Part shown: positions 1 through 8,186 of the stretch, piece after piece
Numbering within the stretch: position 1 is the first letter of the stretch
How the letters are laid out: the number at the start of each line of letters is the position of its first letter
From: Candidatus Methylomirabilia bacterium
Lineage (GTDB): Bacteria; Methylomirabilota; Methylomirabilia; Rokubacteriales; CSP1-6
DNA: 15,405 nucleotides
NCBI GenBank assembly: GCA_041496385.1
Contig: JBGQEL010000097.1
Coordinates: 1 to 15,405, forward strand
Reading direction: 5' to 3'
The notes under the pieces: model-generated
What the model was told of the DNA's origin: nothing
Databases searched by the model: none
The model's input: only the letters and a program-made list of their open reading frames with translations
Made by a program: the position numbers and the translations under genes

Positions 1-1
1 C

Positions 2-592
2 GTGCCGCCGCCCGTGCCGTGGCCCGAGCTGGCGGGCAAGACGCTCGGCATCCTCGGCTACGGGCGGATCGGCCAGTGCCTGGCCCGGCGCGCCCGTGCG
101 TTCGACATGGAGGTGTGCGCCGTTCGCCGCGACGTCGCGCGATCGGCGTCCGACGACCTGGCCCTCCTCGGCGGCCTGGAGATCCTCGCCGAGGTGCTCC
201 GGCGCGCGGACTATCTGGTGATCACGCTGCCGCTGACGCCCGACACGCGCGGGCTGCTCGGCGAGCGCGAGCTGTCCGCGATGAAGCGGACGGCGGTGCT
301 CGTCAACGTGTCGCGCGCGCAGATCGTCGAGCAGGACGCCCTCTACCGCGCGCTCGCCGAGGGCAGGCTCGCGGGGGCGGCGCTCGACGTCTGGTATCGC
401 TACCCGACGAGCCCCGGCCCGACGCTGCCCGCCGACCGGCCGTTCCACGAGCTGCCCAACGTGCTCATGACGCCGCACCTGTCCGGCTGGACCGAGGGAA
501 TGCTGGAGGCGCGGGCCAAGCTCATCGCGGAGAACATCCACCGGACCGCCCGGGGCGAGCCGCCGCTGAACCTGATCGCGCCGTCCGGCTAG
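2..592 (+). CDS. D-isomer-specific 2-hydroxyacid dehydrogenase, NAD(P)-binding C-terminal part (5'-truncated by window edge)
   Basis: Rossmann motif LGILGYGRIG, LPLTPDTRGL, VNVSRA (NxxRG-like), ALDVW and catalytic TPHLSG. Stop TAG at 590-592. Confidence 0.93.
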   Translation: MPPPVPWPELAGKTLGILGYGRIGQCLARRARAFDMEVCAVRRDVARSASDDLALLGGLEILAEVLRRADYLVITLPLTPDTRGLLGERELSAMKRTAVLVNVSRAQIVEQDALYRALAEGRLAGAALDVWYRYPTSPGPTLPADRPFHELPNVLMTPHLSGWTEGMLEARAKLIAENIHRTARGEPPLNLIAPSG

Positions 593-601
593 GCGCAGAC
601 C

Positions 602-620
602 CGCCGGCGGTGGGCCGGCG
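602..620 (+). terminator. GC-rich hairpin downstream of the dehydrogenase (possible terminator or pause, no U-tract)
   Basis: CGCCGGC-ggtgg-GCCGGCG, a perfect 7-bp stem starting 10 nt after the stop codon. No poly-T follows. Confidence 0.3.
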
Positions 621-657
621 TCACGAGAACGTCCACGTCCCGTCACACTCTCATCAT
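619..657 (+). promoter_or_regulatory. Putative Pho box / OmpR-PhoB family direct-repeat array
   Basis: CGTCAC (619), CGTCCA (630), CGTCAC (641) and CATCAT (652) spaced exactly 11 bp apart, resembling the PhoB half-site CTGTCA(T/C). Lies upstream of a PhoX-like gene. Confidence 0.6.
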
Positions 658-722
658 CTTGTCCTGCGATAACACACGCGTCGAGAGACCAAACTCTTCC
701 ACCGTTTCCCAAGGAGGCTCGT

Positions 723-2327
723 ATGAAACGTGGATCGACGCGACACCTGGCCCGACGGTCCTTTCTGAAAGGAGCGCTCGCCACGGCTCCGCTGCTGCTC
801 GTGGGTCCCTCGCTGCTGCGGCCCGCCAGGGCGCGCGCGGGCAGCCTCGGCCCGAGCACGACGACCGACCCGTATCTGGTTCCGAGCCTGGCCGGCGTGC
901 ACACGGTGTCCATCCTGACCGTCGGTGACATGATCGGCGGGTACCGGATGGTCGGCATCCCGGATGGGCTCGGCGCCTTCGCGGGCCACCGGGGCGATTT
1001 CCGTCTGTTGATGAACCACGAGCTCACGGCCACCAGCGGCATCGCCCGCGCCCACGGCTCGAAGGGCGCCTTCGTCTCGAGCTGGACGATCGATCGCAGG
1101 ACGCTGGAGGTCGTGAGGGGCGAGGACTTCTCGCAATCGCCCCACGACGTGTTCCTCTGGGACGCGGAGACTCAGCGGTACACGCGGGGCACGACCGTGT
1201 GGGAGCGGCACTGCTCGGCGGACCTGGCCGATGAGACCGCCTTCCACCATCGAGACCGGGGCACGACGGAACGGATCTACCTGAACGGCGAGGAGGTGAG
1301 CCAGGGGCGGGCGTGGGCACGGATCGCCACCGGGCCCCACGCGGGCGAGACCTGGCAGCTGCCGCGGCTCGGGCGCATGTCGTTCGAGAACGCGGTCGCG
1401 TGTCCGCATCCCCAGGACAAGACCGTCGTGATGCTCACGGACGACGGCGCGCTGAGTACGGCGCCCGTGGCCGCGAGCTTCCCGAGCGAGGTGTACGTCT
1501 ACGTCGGGACGAAGACGCGTCACGGCCACCCGATCGAACAGGCCGGCCTGACCAACGGTACTCTCTACGGCCTGAAGATCGCGGTCCAGGGCCAGCCGGT
1601 CGCCGAGGAGAGCAACGCGTTCGGTCTCGGCAACGCCGCGAGCGGCTACGTCGGCGCCGGGCGGTTCGGTCTCCAGAATCTCGGCGACGTCTCGGGCCTC
1701 GACGGCCTCGCGCTGGAGCAGGCGTCGATCGCCGGCGGCGTCACGCGCTTCCAGCGGCCGGAGGACGGCGCCTGGGATCCGCGGCCGAAGCACCGGCACG
1801 ATTTCTACTTCGTGACCACGGCGAGCTTGACCAGCAACTGCCGCCTGTGGCGGCTGCGCTTCGACGACGTCGAGCGCCCCGAACGGGGCGGGACGGTCGA
1901 AATACTACTGAAAGGCGACGAAGGTCACGGCATGCTGGACAACGTGACGATCGATCACTGGGGGCGCATCGTCATGGACGAGGACCCCGGCAACAGCGCC
2001 CGCGTCTCCAAGATCTGGCTCTACCAGATCGCGACCGGCGAGCTCGTCCAGGTCGCGGAGCACAACCACACGTTCTTCGATCCGGCCGTTCCCAACAACC
2101 CCCGGTTCATCACGCAGGACGAGGAATCGTCGGGCATCATCGACGCCGGCCACATTCTCGGGCGGGGCTGGTTCCTGCTGGACGTCCAGGCCCACAAGCT
2201 CAGCAGCGACCCCGAGCTCGTCGAGGGCGGGCAGCTCCTCGCCCTCTGGGTCGATCCCGAGATCGGCCACGCGAGGCCCGGGCGGCACCGGCGACACGAG
2301 AAGGATGACCACGAGGACGAGGACTAG
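723..2327 (+). CDS. Tat-exported PhoX/DUF839-family alkaline phosphatase-like protein
   Basis: RBS AAGGAGG at 711-717. Twin-arginine signal ARRSFLK, hydrophobic stretch, then ARA. PhoX-type motifs PDG, MNHE, CS, GEE, FENA, RPEDGAWDP, LDN, EDPG and ESSG. Confidence 0.8.
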   Translation: MKRGSTRHLARRSFLKGALATAPLLLVGPSLLRPARARAGSLGPSTTTDPYLVPSLAGVHTVSILTVGDMIGGYRMVGIPDGLGAFAGHRGDFRLLMNHELTATSGIARAHGSKGAFVSSWTIDRRTLEVVRGEDFSQSPHDVFLWDAETQRYTRGTTVWERHCSADLADETAFHHRDRGTTERIYLNGEEVSQGRAWARIATGPHAGETWQLPRLGRMSFENAVACPHPQDKTVVMLTDDGALSTAPVAASFPSEVYVYVGTKTRHGHPIEQAGLTNGTLYGLKIAVQGQPVAEESNAFGLGNAASGYVGAGRFGLQNLGDVSGLDGLALEQASIAGGVTRFQRPEDGAWDPRPKHRHDFYFVTTASLTSNCRLWRLRFDDVERPERGGTVEILLKGDEGHGMLDNVTIDHWGRIVMDEDPGNSARVSKIWLYQIATGELVQVAEHNHTFFDPAVPNNPRFITQDEESSGIIDAGHILGRGWFLLDVQAHKLSSDPELVEGGQLLALWVDPEIGHARPGRHRRHEKDDHEDED

Positions 2328-3603
2328 GGTCTACTACGGCTGGGTCATCGTGGCGGTCGCCTTCGTCACGATGGGCGTGGGCGTCAACGCGCGCACGGCC
2401 TTCTCGCTGCTCTTCCCGCCGATTCTCGACGAGTTCGGCTGGGAGCGCGGCGTGACGGCCGGCGCGTTCTCGTTCGGCTTTCTGGTCTCGGCGGCGTTCA
2501 GCCCCTGGCTCGGCCGGCTGATGGATCGCCGCGGGCCGCGCGTCGTGATCGAGCTGGGCGTGGGCCTCGTGGCCGCCGGGCTGATGCTGGCCACGCTGGT
2601 GCACCGGCCCTGGCACCTCTACGCGACGCTCGGCCTGCTCGTGGGCGGCGGCAGCGTCTGTCTCTCGTACACGGGCCAGGCGCTCTACCTGCCCAGCTGG
2701 TTCGTGCGACGGCGGGGCCTGGCCATGAGCCTGGCCTTTTCCGGCGTCGGCGCGGGTTCGATCATCCTGCTTCCCTGGCAACAGACCCTCATCGAGCGCG
2801 CGGGCTGGCGCGCCGCCTGCTGGGCGATGGGCCTGCTGGTGCTCCTGCTGCTGGCGCCGCTCAACCTCCTGGTGCGGCGGCGGCCGGAAGATCTCGGGCT
2901 CGCTGCCGACGGCGATCAGGTCGCGCGCGACGTCGCGGCCGATCAGCGGCACGCCAACGTCGTGGACGCGGCCTGGGTCGCCGTGGAGTGGACGCTCGGC
3001 CGCGCCGTGCGCACGGCCCGCTTCTGGTGGATCGCCCTCGGATATCTCTGCGGCCTGTACGCCTGGTACGCGGTGCAGGTCCACCAGACGAAGTACCTGG
3101 TCGAGATCGGGTTCAGCCCGACCGACGCAGCCTGGGCGCTGGGCTTCGTGAGCCTGGTCGCCGTGCCGGGGCAGATCGCGCTCGGTCATCTCTCCGATCG
3201 CATCGGGCGCGAGTGGGTCTGGACGGCGGGCAGCCTCGGCTTCGTGCTCTGCTACCTGGCCCTGCTGCTCCTGCGCGATTCGCCGACGCCGGCGCTGCTC
3301 TATCTCATGGTCGTCACGCAGGGGATGCTCGGCTACGGTCTCACCTCCGTCATCGGCGCGATCCCGGCCGAGATCTTCGAGGGGCCGCACTACGGCGGCA
3401 TCTTCGGCACGCTCATGCTCGCGTCGATCGCGGGCGGCGCGGCCGGACCCTGGGTGACGGGCGCGCTGCACGACGCCACCGGGAGCTACACGAGCGCCTT
3501 CTGGATCGCGATCGGCTGCAGCGCGCTCTCCGCGCTGGCCATCTGGCTGGCCGCCCCGCGCCAGGTGCGGCTGGTCGCGGGGCAGGTCTACCGGCTGAAG
3601 TAG
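2305..3603 (+). CDS. Major facilitator superfamily transporter (OFA/MCT-like)
   Basis: N-terminal YYGWVIV, MFS motif A GRLMDRRGPR and repeat GHLSDRIGR, about 12 hydrophobic segments, C-terminal GALHDATGSY. Confidence 0.93.
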   Translation: MTTRTRTRVYYGWVIVAVAFVTMGVGVNARTAFSLLFPPILDEFGWERGVTAGAFSFGFLVSAAFSPWLGRLMDRRGPRVVIELGVGLVAAGLMLATLVHRPWHLYATLGLLVGGGSVCLSYTGQALYLPSWFVRRRGLAMSLAFSGVGAGSIILLPWQQTLIERAGWRAACWAMGLLVLLLLAPLNLLVRRRPEDLGLAADGDQVARDVAADQRHANVVDAAWVAVEWTLGRAVRTARFWWIALGYLCGLYAWYAVQVHQTKYLVEIGFSPTDAAWALGFVSLVAVPGQIALGHLSDRIGREWVWTAGSLGFVLCYLALLLLRDSPTPALLYLMVVTQGMLGYGLTSVIGAIPAEIFEGPHYGGIFGTLMLASIAGGAAGPWVTGALHDATGSYTSAFWIAIGCSALSALAIWLAAPRQVRLVAGQVYRLK

Positions 3604-3628
3604 ATTCGCGCGCCTGCGAGGCGGCCCA

Positions 3629-4570
3629 TCATCGCAGCGCCTCGCGGAGCGAGGCCCCGACGTGGGCGACCGCGCGGATCCCCGTGTCGATGAGGCGCCC
3701 CATCGGGACGAAGCCGTGAATCATCCCGCCGTAGCAGATGTAGTCGACGCTGACGCCGGCGTCGCGCAGGCGCCCGGCGTAGAACTCGCCCTCGTCGCGC
3801 AGCGGATCGTGGCCCGCGGTGACGATGAGCGCGCGCGGCAGCCCGGCCAGCGAGGGCGCCCGCAGCGGGGAGGCGCGCCAGTCGCTCGCGTCGTCCTTCG
3901 AGCGCAGGTAGTGGGCCTTGAACCAGCGCATGCTCTCGCGCGTGAGCATGTAGCCGTCGGCAAAGTCGTCGTACGAGCGCGTCTCCCGCATCACGTCGGT
4001 GACCGGGTAGATCAGGATCTGCAATCCGATGGCTGGCCCGCCGGCGTCGCGCGCCATCAGCGCGACGACCGCCGCGAGGTTGCCGCCGGCGCTGTCGCCG
4101 CCGACGGCGAGGCGGCCGGCGTCGAGCCCCAGCTCGCCGGCGTGGGCCACGACCCAGCGCGTGGCCGCCCACGCGTCGTCGACGGCGGCCGGGAACTTGT
4201 GCTCCGGCGCCAGGCGGTAGTCGACGGAGACCACGCTGGTTCCCGACGCCGCCGTGAGCTGGCGGCAGACCACGTCATGCGTCTCGAGGTTGCCGATCAC
4301 CCAGCCGCCGCCGTGGAAGTAGACGTAGACCGGCAGGCGGGTCGCGTCGGGGACGCCGGCCGGGCGGTAGATGCGCAGCGGGATCGCACCGTGCGGCCCG
4401 TCCGCGGTGAGGTTCTTGACGCTGCCGATCTCGGGCGGTGTGGGCGTCGAGGCCGGGCGCGTCTCGATGAAGAGCTGGCGTGCCTCCTTGGGCGAGAGCG
4501 TGTGATAGGCGGGGCGCCCCGCCTTGACGACCATCTCGAGCACCGCCTGCACCTGAGGATCAAGCGCCAT
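3629..4570 (-). CDS. Alpha/beta hydrolase, hormone-sensitive lipase (family IV) esterase
   Basis: Oxyanion motif HGGGW, YRLAPEH, nucleophile GDSAGG, DPLRDEG and HGF. Its start overlaps the amidohydrolase stop by 11 nt. Confidence 0.95.
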   Translation of the reverse strand: MALDPQVQAVLEMVVKAGRPAYHTLSPKEARQLFIETRPASTPTPPEIGSVKNLTADGPHGAIPLRIYRPAGVPDATRLPVYVYFHGGGWVIGNLETHDVVCRQLTAASGTSVVSVDYRLAPEHKFPAAVDDAWAATRWVVAHAGELGLDAGRLAVGGDSAGGNLAAVVALMARDAGGPAIGLQILIYPVTDVMRETRSYDDFADGYMLTRESMRWFKAHYLRSKDDASDWRASPLRAPSLAGLPRALIVTAGHDPLRDEGEFYAGRLRDAGVSVDYICYGGMIHGFVPMGRLIDTGIRAVAHVGASLREALR

Positions 4571-6017
4571 TGCGCAGGACCTCCGCGGCGGCCTTCTCGA
4601 CCACCGTGCCTTTGAAGAAGTCGGGGTTCACCTCGCCCCAGAAGCGCACGGCGTTGGTGAACATGAAGTCGCGGAAGTCGGTGTCGTCGATCAGCCCGTG
4701 CTCGACCAGCTCGTAGGCCTCGGGGACGACCGCGGCCATGTCCGGGACGTCGAAGTGCCCGATGTCCGAGCTGAAGAGCGCGTTGAGGCGGGCGCCCAGC
4801 GGGTTCGCGCGGCGGTTGAACGCCCACGCGTTGACGGGGTCGTCGGCCTCGCAGCCAAAGTAGAAGCGCGGGACGAAGAGCTCGCGAATATCCTCCTTGC
4901 GCTCGACGCGGCACCGGAAGTAGTCGTCGACGTCCTCCACGCCGCCGGTCAGGGCCGAGTTCGAGTCGCCCTCGAGCCCGTCGCCGCGGCGCACCGCCTC
5001 CACCACCTCGGCGCGGCCGTACTTCTCGGCGAGCTGGAGCAGCTTGGCGCGGTCGAGCTTGCTCGGGTGCGTCGACTGGATCGCCTGCCCGTTGCGCTTC
5101 TCCCAGTGCCCGATGAGGTCCGCGTAGAGCATGCACGCCCAGCCCACGCCGCCCTCGAGGAACGCGAAGTTCAGGTCCGGGAATCGCCGCGTCACGCCGC
5201 CGAAGAAGAGCGCCTTGGCGACCGCGTGGCCGGCCGAGGCGAAGTGGCCGATGTGGTTGTAGCAGAAGTTCGACGGCGAGTTGCGCAGGAGGATCGAGCG
5301 CGCGCCGTTGTGGAAGGAGGGCGCGACGCGCAGCTCCCGGCACTTCTCCCACACGGGATCGTAGTCGTAGGGGCTGTCGAGGCCGACGACGTCGTACCAC
5401 TCGACCTGCTTGGAGGCCTCCGGGTGCTCCTCCTCCAGCGCGGGCACGCGGCGGCGCATGAGGCCGCCGATCATCATGACCTTGTAGCCGAGCTGCCTGG
5501 ACGCGAACTCGATCTCCTCGAGCGCCTCCTCCGGCGTGTACATGGGGATGATCGCCGCGGGGATGATGCGGTCGCCGAGGTCACGAAACTGGTCGGCGGT
5601 GAACACGTTGTAGGCGCGGCAGATCGCCCGGCGCAGCCGCGTGTCCTGCATGCGGTGGTAGCTGAGCCCGGCCGTCGGGTAGACCACGCAGAAGTCGATG
5701 CCGAGGTCGTCCAGGCGCTCGTACATGAGCCGCGGCATCATCGCCGTCGCGCGGTCGAGCGTGTTCTCGCTCGGCGAGGACCAGAACGACTCCTGGCCGA
5801 CCCGCCGCCGGGCGCGCTCGGGCACCGACAGCTTGAGCGAGTTCGGGACGCGCTGGCTGGCGAGGGCCAGGGCCTCGGCCGCCGCGTCGCCGCCGATGCG
5901 CCGGAACGCCTCGCGCATCACGGGCCCGTACTCGAGCCAGTGGCCGTCGGCGTCGATGATGGGGTGGGTGAGGCGCGAGCGGAGCGTCCGGGCGTCCAGA
6001 TGACCGTTACCCTGCAT
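4560..6017 (-). CDS. Amidohydrolase superfamily protein (Amidohydro_2-like), 485 aa
   Basis: IIDADGH, YDPVW..C, FH, RRFPDLNFAFLEGG and FSSDIGHFD motifs. Start reassigned to ATG at 6017 (MQGNGH), with GGAGG 7 nt upstream (6025-6029, minus strand). Confidence 0.88.
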   Translation of the reverse strand: MQGNGHLDARTLRSRLTHPIIDADGHWLEYGPVMREAFRRIGGDAAAEALALASQRVPNSLKLSVPERARRRVGQESFWSSPSENTLDRATAMMPRLMYERLDDLGIDFCVVYPTAGLSYHRMQDTRLRRAICRAYNVFTADQFRDLGDRIIPAAIIPMYTPEEALEEIEFASRQLGYKVMMIGGLMRRRVPALEEEHPEASKQVEWYDVVGLDSPYDYDPVWEKCRELRVAPSFHNGARSILLRNSPSNFCYNHIGHFASAGHAVAKALFFGGVTRRFPDLNFAFLEGGVGWACMLYADLIGHWEKRNGQAIQSTHPSKLDRAKLLQLAEKYGRAEVVEAVRRGDGLEGDSNSALTGGVEDVDDYFRCRVERKEDIRELFVPRFYFGCEADDPVNAWAFNRRANPLGARLNALFSSDIGHFDVPDMAAVVPEAYELVEHGLIDDTDFRDFMFTNAVRFWGEVNPDFFKGTVVEKAAAEVLRNGA

Positions 6018-6053
6018 GGCGGCGCCTCCGGCGAAAGCTTGGTCGGTGCCGGG

Positions 6054-6076
6054 ATCATACCAAAGCGCGGTATGCT
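6054..6076. promoter_or_regulatory. Divergent promoter core: back-to-back -10 elements inside an inverted repeat
   Basis: TATGAT on the minus strand (6054-6059) and TATGCT on the plus strand (6071-6076). They form CATACC-N7-GGTATG within an 82-bp gap between divergent genes. Confidence 0.55.
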
Positions 6077-6099
6077 CTGGGCTTCGAGAGGAGGGACCG

Positions 6100-6942
6100 A
6101 TGGACGTCAACGTCAAGAGGATCGCGCTCCGCCTGGCCGCGCTCGTCGTGGTCGCCGGCGCGCTGGGCGGCCCGCTCGCAAGCCCGGCGCGCGCCGAGGT
6201 CGAGCGGCTCTACCTGCTCGACTGCGGCCGGAACGTCGGCAAGGACCAGTCGCGATGGTCGCCGGGTGTCAACGAGGGCCGGGCGATCGAGTTCTCGGAC
6301 AACTGCTACCTCGTCAAGCACGACAAGGGCCTGCTCCTGTGGGACACGGGCGTGCCCGACGCCGTCGCCGCCATGCCCGACGGCATGGTCGTCGCCGGCG
6401 GTGCGATCACGTACCGCCGCGCCAGGACGCTCGCCGCGCAGCTCGCCGAGATCGGCGTCAAGCCGACCGACGTGATCTATCTGGCGGTCTCGCACACGCA
6501 CGGCGATCACGTCGGCAACGTCGCGCTGTTCCCGTCCTCCACCGTGCTCATCCAGGGCGCGGAGTACGACTGGGCGATGGCCGGCCAGGCCAGGCCGGCG
6601 TTCGCGGCGACGCAGACGATCCGGAAGCTCGCCGGCGACCTCGACGTGTTCGGCGACGGCAGCGTGACGATCCTCTCGACTCCGGGCCACACGCCGGGGC
6701 ACCAGTCGCTCCTCGTGCGCCTGCCGAAGACCGGCTTCATCGTGCTGTCGGGCGACGCCGTGCACTTCCAGGACAACTGGACGCACAAGCGGGTGCCGTC
6801 GATGAATTTCAACCGCGACCAGTCGCTGGCCTCCTTGCAGCGCATCGCCGCCGTGCTCGAGGAGCGAAAGGCGACACTCTGGATCAACCACGACAAGCAA
6901 CAGAGCGACGGGCTCCGCTACGCGCCGGCGCACTACGAATAG
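6100..6942 (+). CDS. Secreted metallo-beta-lactamase-fold hydrolase, N-acyl-homoserine lactonase (AiiA/AttM)-like, 280 aa
   Basis: RBS GAGGAGG before ATG 6100. Sec signal MDVNVKR..LAALVVVAGALGGPLASPARA. Motifs LLWDTG, SHTHGDH, TPGHTPGH, LSGDAVH and NHD. Confidence 0.85.
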   Translation: MDVNVKRIALRLAALVVVAGALGGPLASPARAEVERLYLLDCGRNVGKDQSRWSPGVNEGRAIEFSDNCYLVKHDKGLLLWDTGVPDAVAAMPDGMVVAGGAITYRRARTLAAQLAEIGVKPTDVIYLAVSHTHGDHVGNVALFPSSTVLIQGAEYDWAMAGQARPAFAATQTIRKLAGDLDVFGDGSVTILSTPGHTPGHQSLLVRLPKTGFIVLSGDAVHFQDNWTHKRVPSMNFNRDQSLASLQRIAAVLEERKATLWINHDKQQSDGLRYAPAHYE

Positions 6943-6975
6943 CGCGGCCGCGGCGGACGCCCGCGCGCGATGGAC

Positions 6976-6981
6976 TATAAT
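6976..6981 (+). promoter_or_regulatory. Consensus -10 element (TATAAT) for a probable leaderless or very short-leader transcript
   Basis: Perfect TATAAT in GC-rich DNA, 9 nt upstream of ATG 6991, with no Shine-Dalgarno sequence in between. Confidence 0.6.
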
Positions 6982-6990
6982 CGCCCGGCG

Positions 6991-8157
6991 ATGAAGATCA
7001 CGAGCGTCCGGGCGACCTGGGTCCACGTGCCGATCCCGCTCGAGCGCCAGCACGTGAGCGACTTCGGCCGCATCGCGTCGTTCGACTCGGTCATCGTGAA
7101 GATCGAGACGGACGGCGGGCTCGTGGGCTGGGGTGAGGCCAAGGCCGGCGTCGGCAGCGCGGCCTCGGCGCACGGCCTGGCCGCCATCATCAACCAGGAC
7201 TACGCGCCGCTGCTCGTCGGGCAAGACCCGCGCGACGTGAGCCGGCTCTGGGACGTGCTCTACAACACGCCGCGCGAGGGCTACGCTGTCGAGCGCGGCC
7301 ACGTGCTGCCGCAGCTCGGGCGGCGCGGCCTCTCGGTGTCGGGAATCGCCGGCGTGGACCTGGCGCTCTGGGACCTCCTCGGCAAGTCGCTCGGCGCGCC
7401 CGTCTGGCGCCTGCTCGGCGGCCGCCGCGCCGAGCGGATGCCCGCGTACGCGTCCGGGGGGTGGGCCGACGAGGCGCACATCGGCGAGCAGCTCCTCGGC
7501 TACGTCGAGAAGGGCGGCTTCCGCGCCGTCAAGATGCGGGTCGGTGTGATGGACGGCGAGCCGCACCGCTCGGCGGCGCGCGTGCGCGCCGCGCGCCGGG
7601 CGCTGGGGCCCGACGTGAAGCTGATGGCCGACGCCCACGGCACCTGGACGGTGGCGGAGGCCAAGGCGTTCTGCCGGATGGTCGAGGAGTGCGACCTCTA
7701 CTGGCTCGAGGAGCCGGTGACGGCCGACGACAAGATCGGGCTCGCCGAGGTGCGCCGCGCCTCCGCGGTGCCGATCGCGACCGGCGAGAGCGAGTTCACG
7801 CGGCACGACTTCCGCGAGATCGCCGAGCTGCGCGGCGCCGACGTGCTCCAGCCCGACCTCGCGATCGCGGGCGGCATCACGGAGGGCGTGCGCATCGGCG
7901 CCGTCGCCTCCGCGTACAACCTGCGCTTGGCGCCGCACCTCTGGTCGGGCGCTCCCGCCTTCGCGGCGGGCATCGCGCTGGCCGCCAGCCAGAGCGCCGG
8001 ATTCATCCTCGAGTACTCGCTCGGCGCCAACCCGCTGCTGCACGAGCTGGTGCACGAGACGTTCGAGGTCGTCGACGGGCAGCTCGAGATCCCGGATCGG
8101 CCGGGGCTCGGAATCACGGTGGACGAGGAGTTCGTCCGCCGCCACGCGCGCGCGTGA
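6991..8157 (+). CDS. Mandelate racemase/muconate lactonizing enzyme family protein (enolase superfamily, probable acid-sugar dehydratase)
   Basis: Typical MKITSV start, GWGE, IAGVDLALWDLLGK..GAPVWRLLGG, YAS, VKMRVG, metal ligands MADAH / WLEEP / TGE, QPD, APH and PDRPGLGI. Confidence 0.93.
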   Translation: MKITSVRATWVHVPIPLERQHVSDFGRIASFDSVIVKIETDGGLVGWGEAKAGVGSAASAHGLAAIINQDYAPLLVGQDPRDVSRLWDVLYNTPREGYAVERGHVLPQLGRRGLSVSGIAGVDLALWDLLGKSLGAPVWRLLGGRRAERMPAYASGGWADEAHIGEQLLGYVEKGGFRAVKMRVGVMDGEPHRSAARVRAARRALGPDVKLMADAHGTWTVAEAKAFCRMVEECDLYWLEEPVTADDKIGLAEVRRASAVPIATGESEFTRHDFREIAELRGADVLQPDLAIAGGITEGVRIGAVASAYNLRLAPHLWSGAPAFAAGIALAASQSAGFILEYSLGANPLLHELVHETFEVVDGQLEIPDRPGLGITVDEEFVRRHARA

Positions 8158-8186
8158 ACCGCGGCGAGCGCACGAAAGGAAGGCTC

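Noticed and set aside
4698..6980. 760-aa plus-strand ORF and other long antisense or alternate-frame ORFs (e.g. 6055-8145, 9491-11392, 654-1799, 7698-9188, 14561-15250)
   Set aside because: They overlap genes with clear family motifs, are rich in Arg/Ala/Gly/Pro with no recognisable domains, and are expected shadows of high-GC codon usage.
7461..8186. Apparent 242-aa N-terminal extension of the SelA-like protein
   Set aside because: It overlaps the enolase gene in another frame. The real start is ATG 8187, which has an RBS and a family-typical N-terminus. The same reasoning trims the ORFs starting at 6016, 6116, 11268, 11578, 12377 and 12646.
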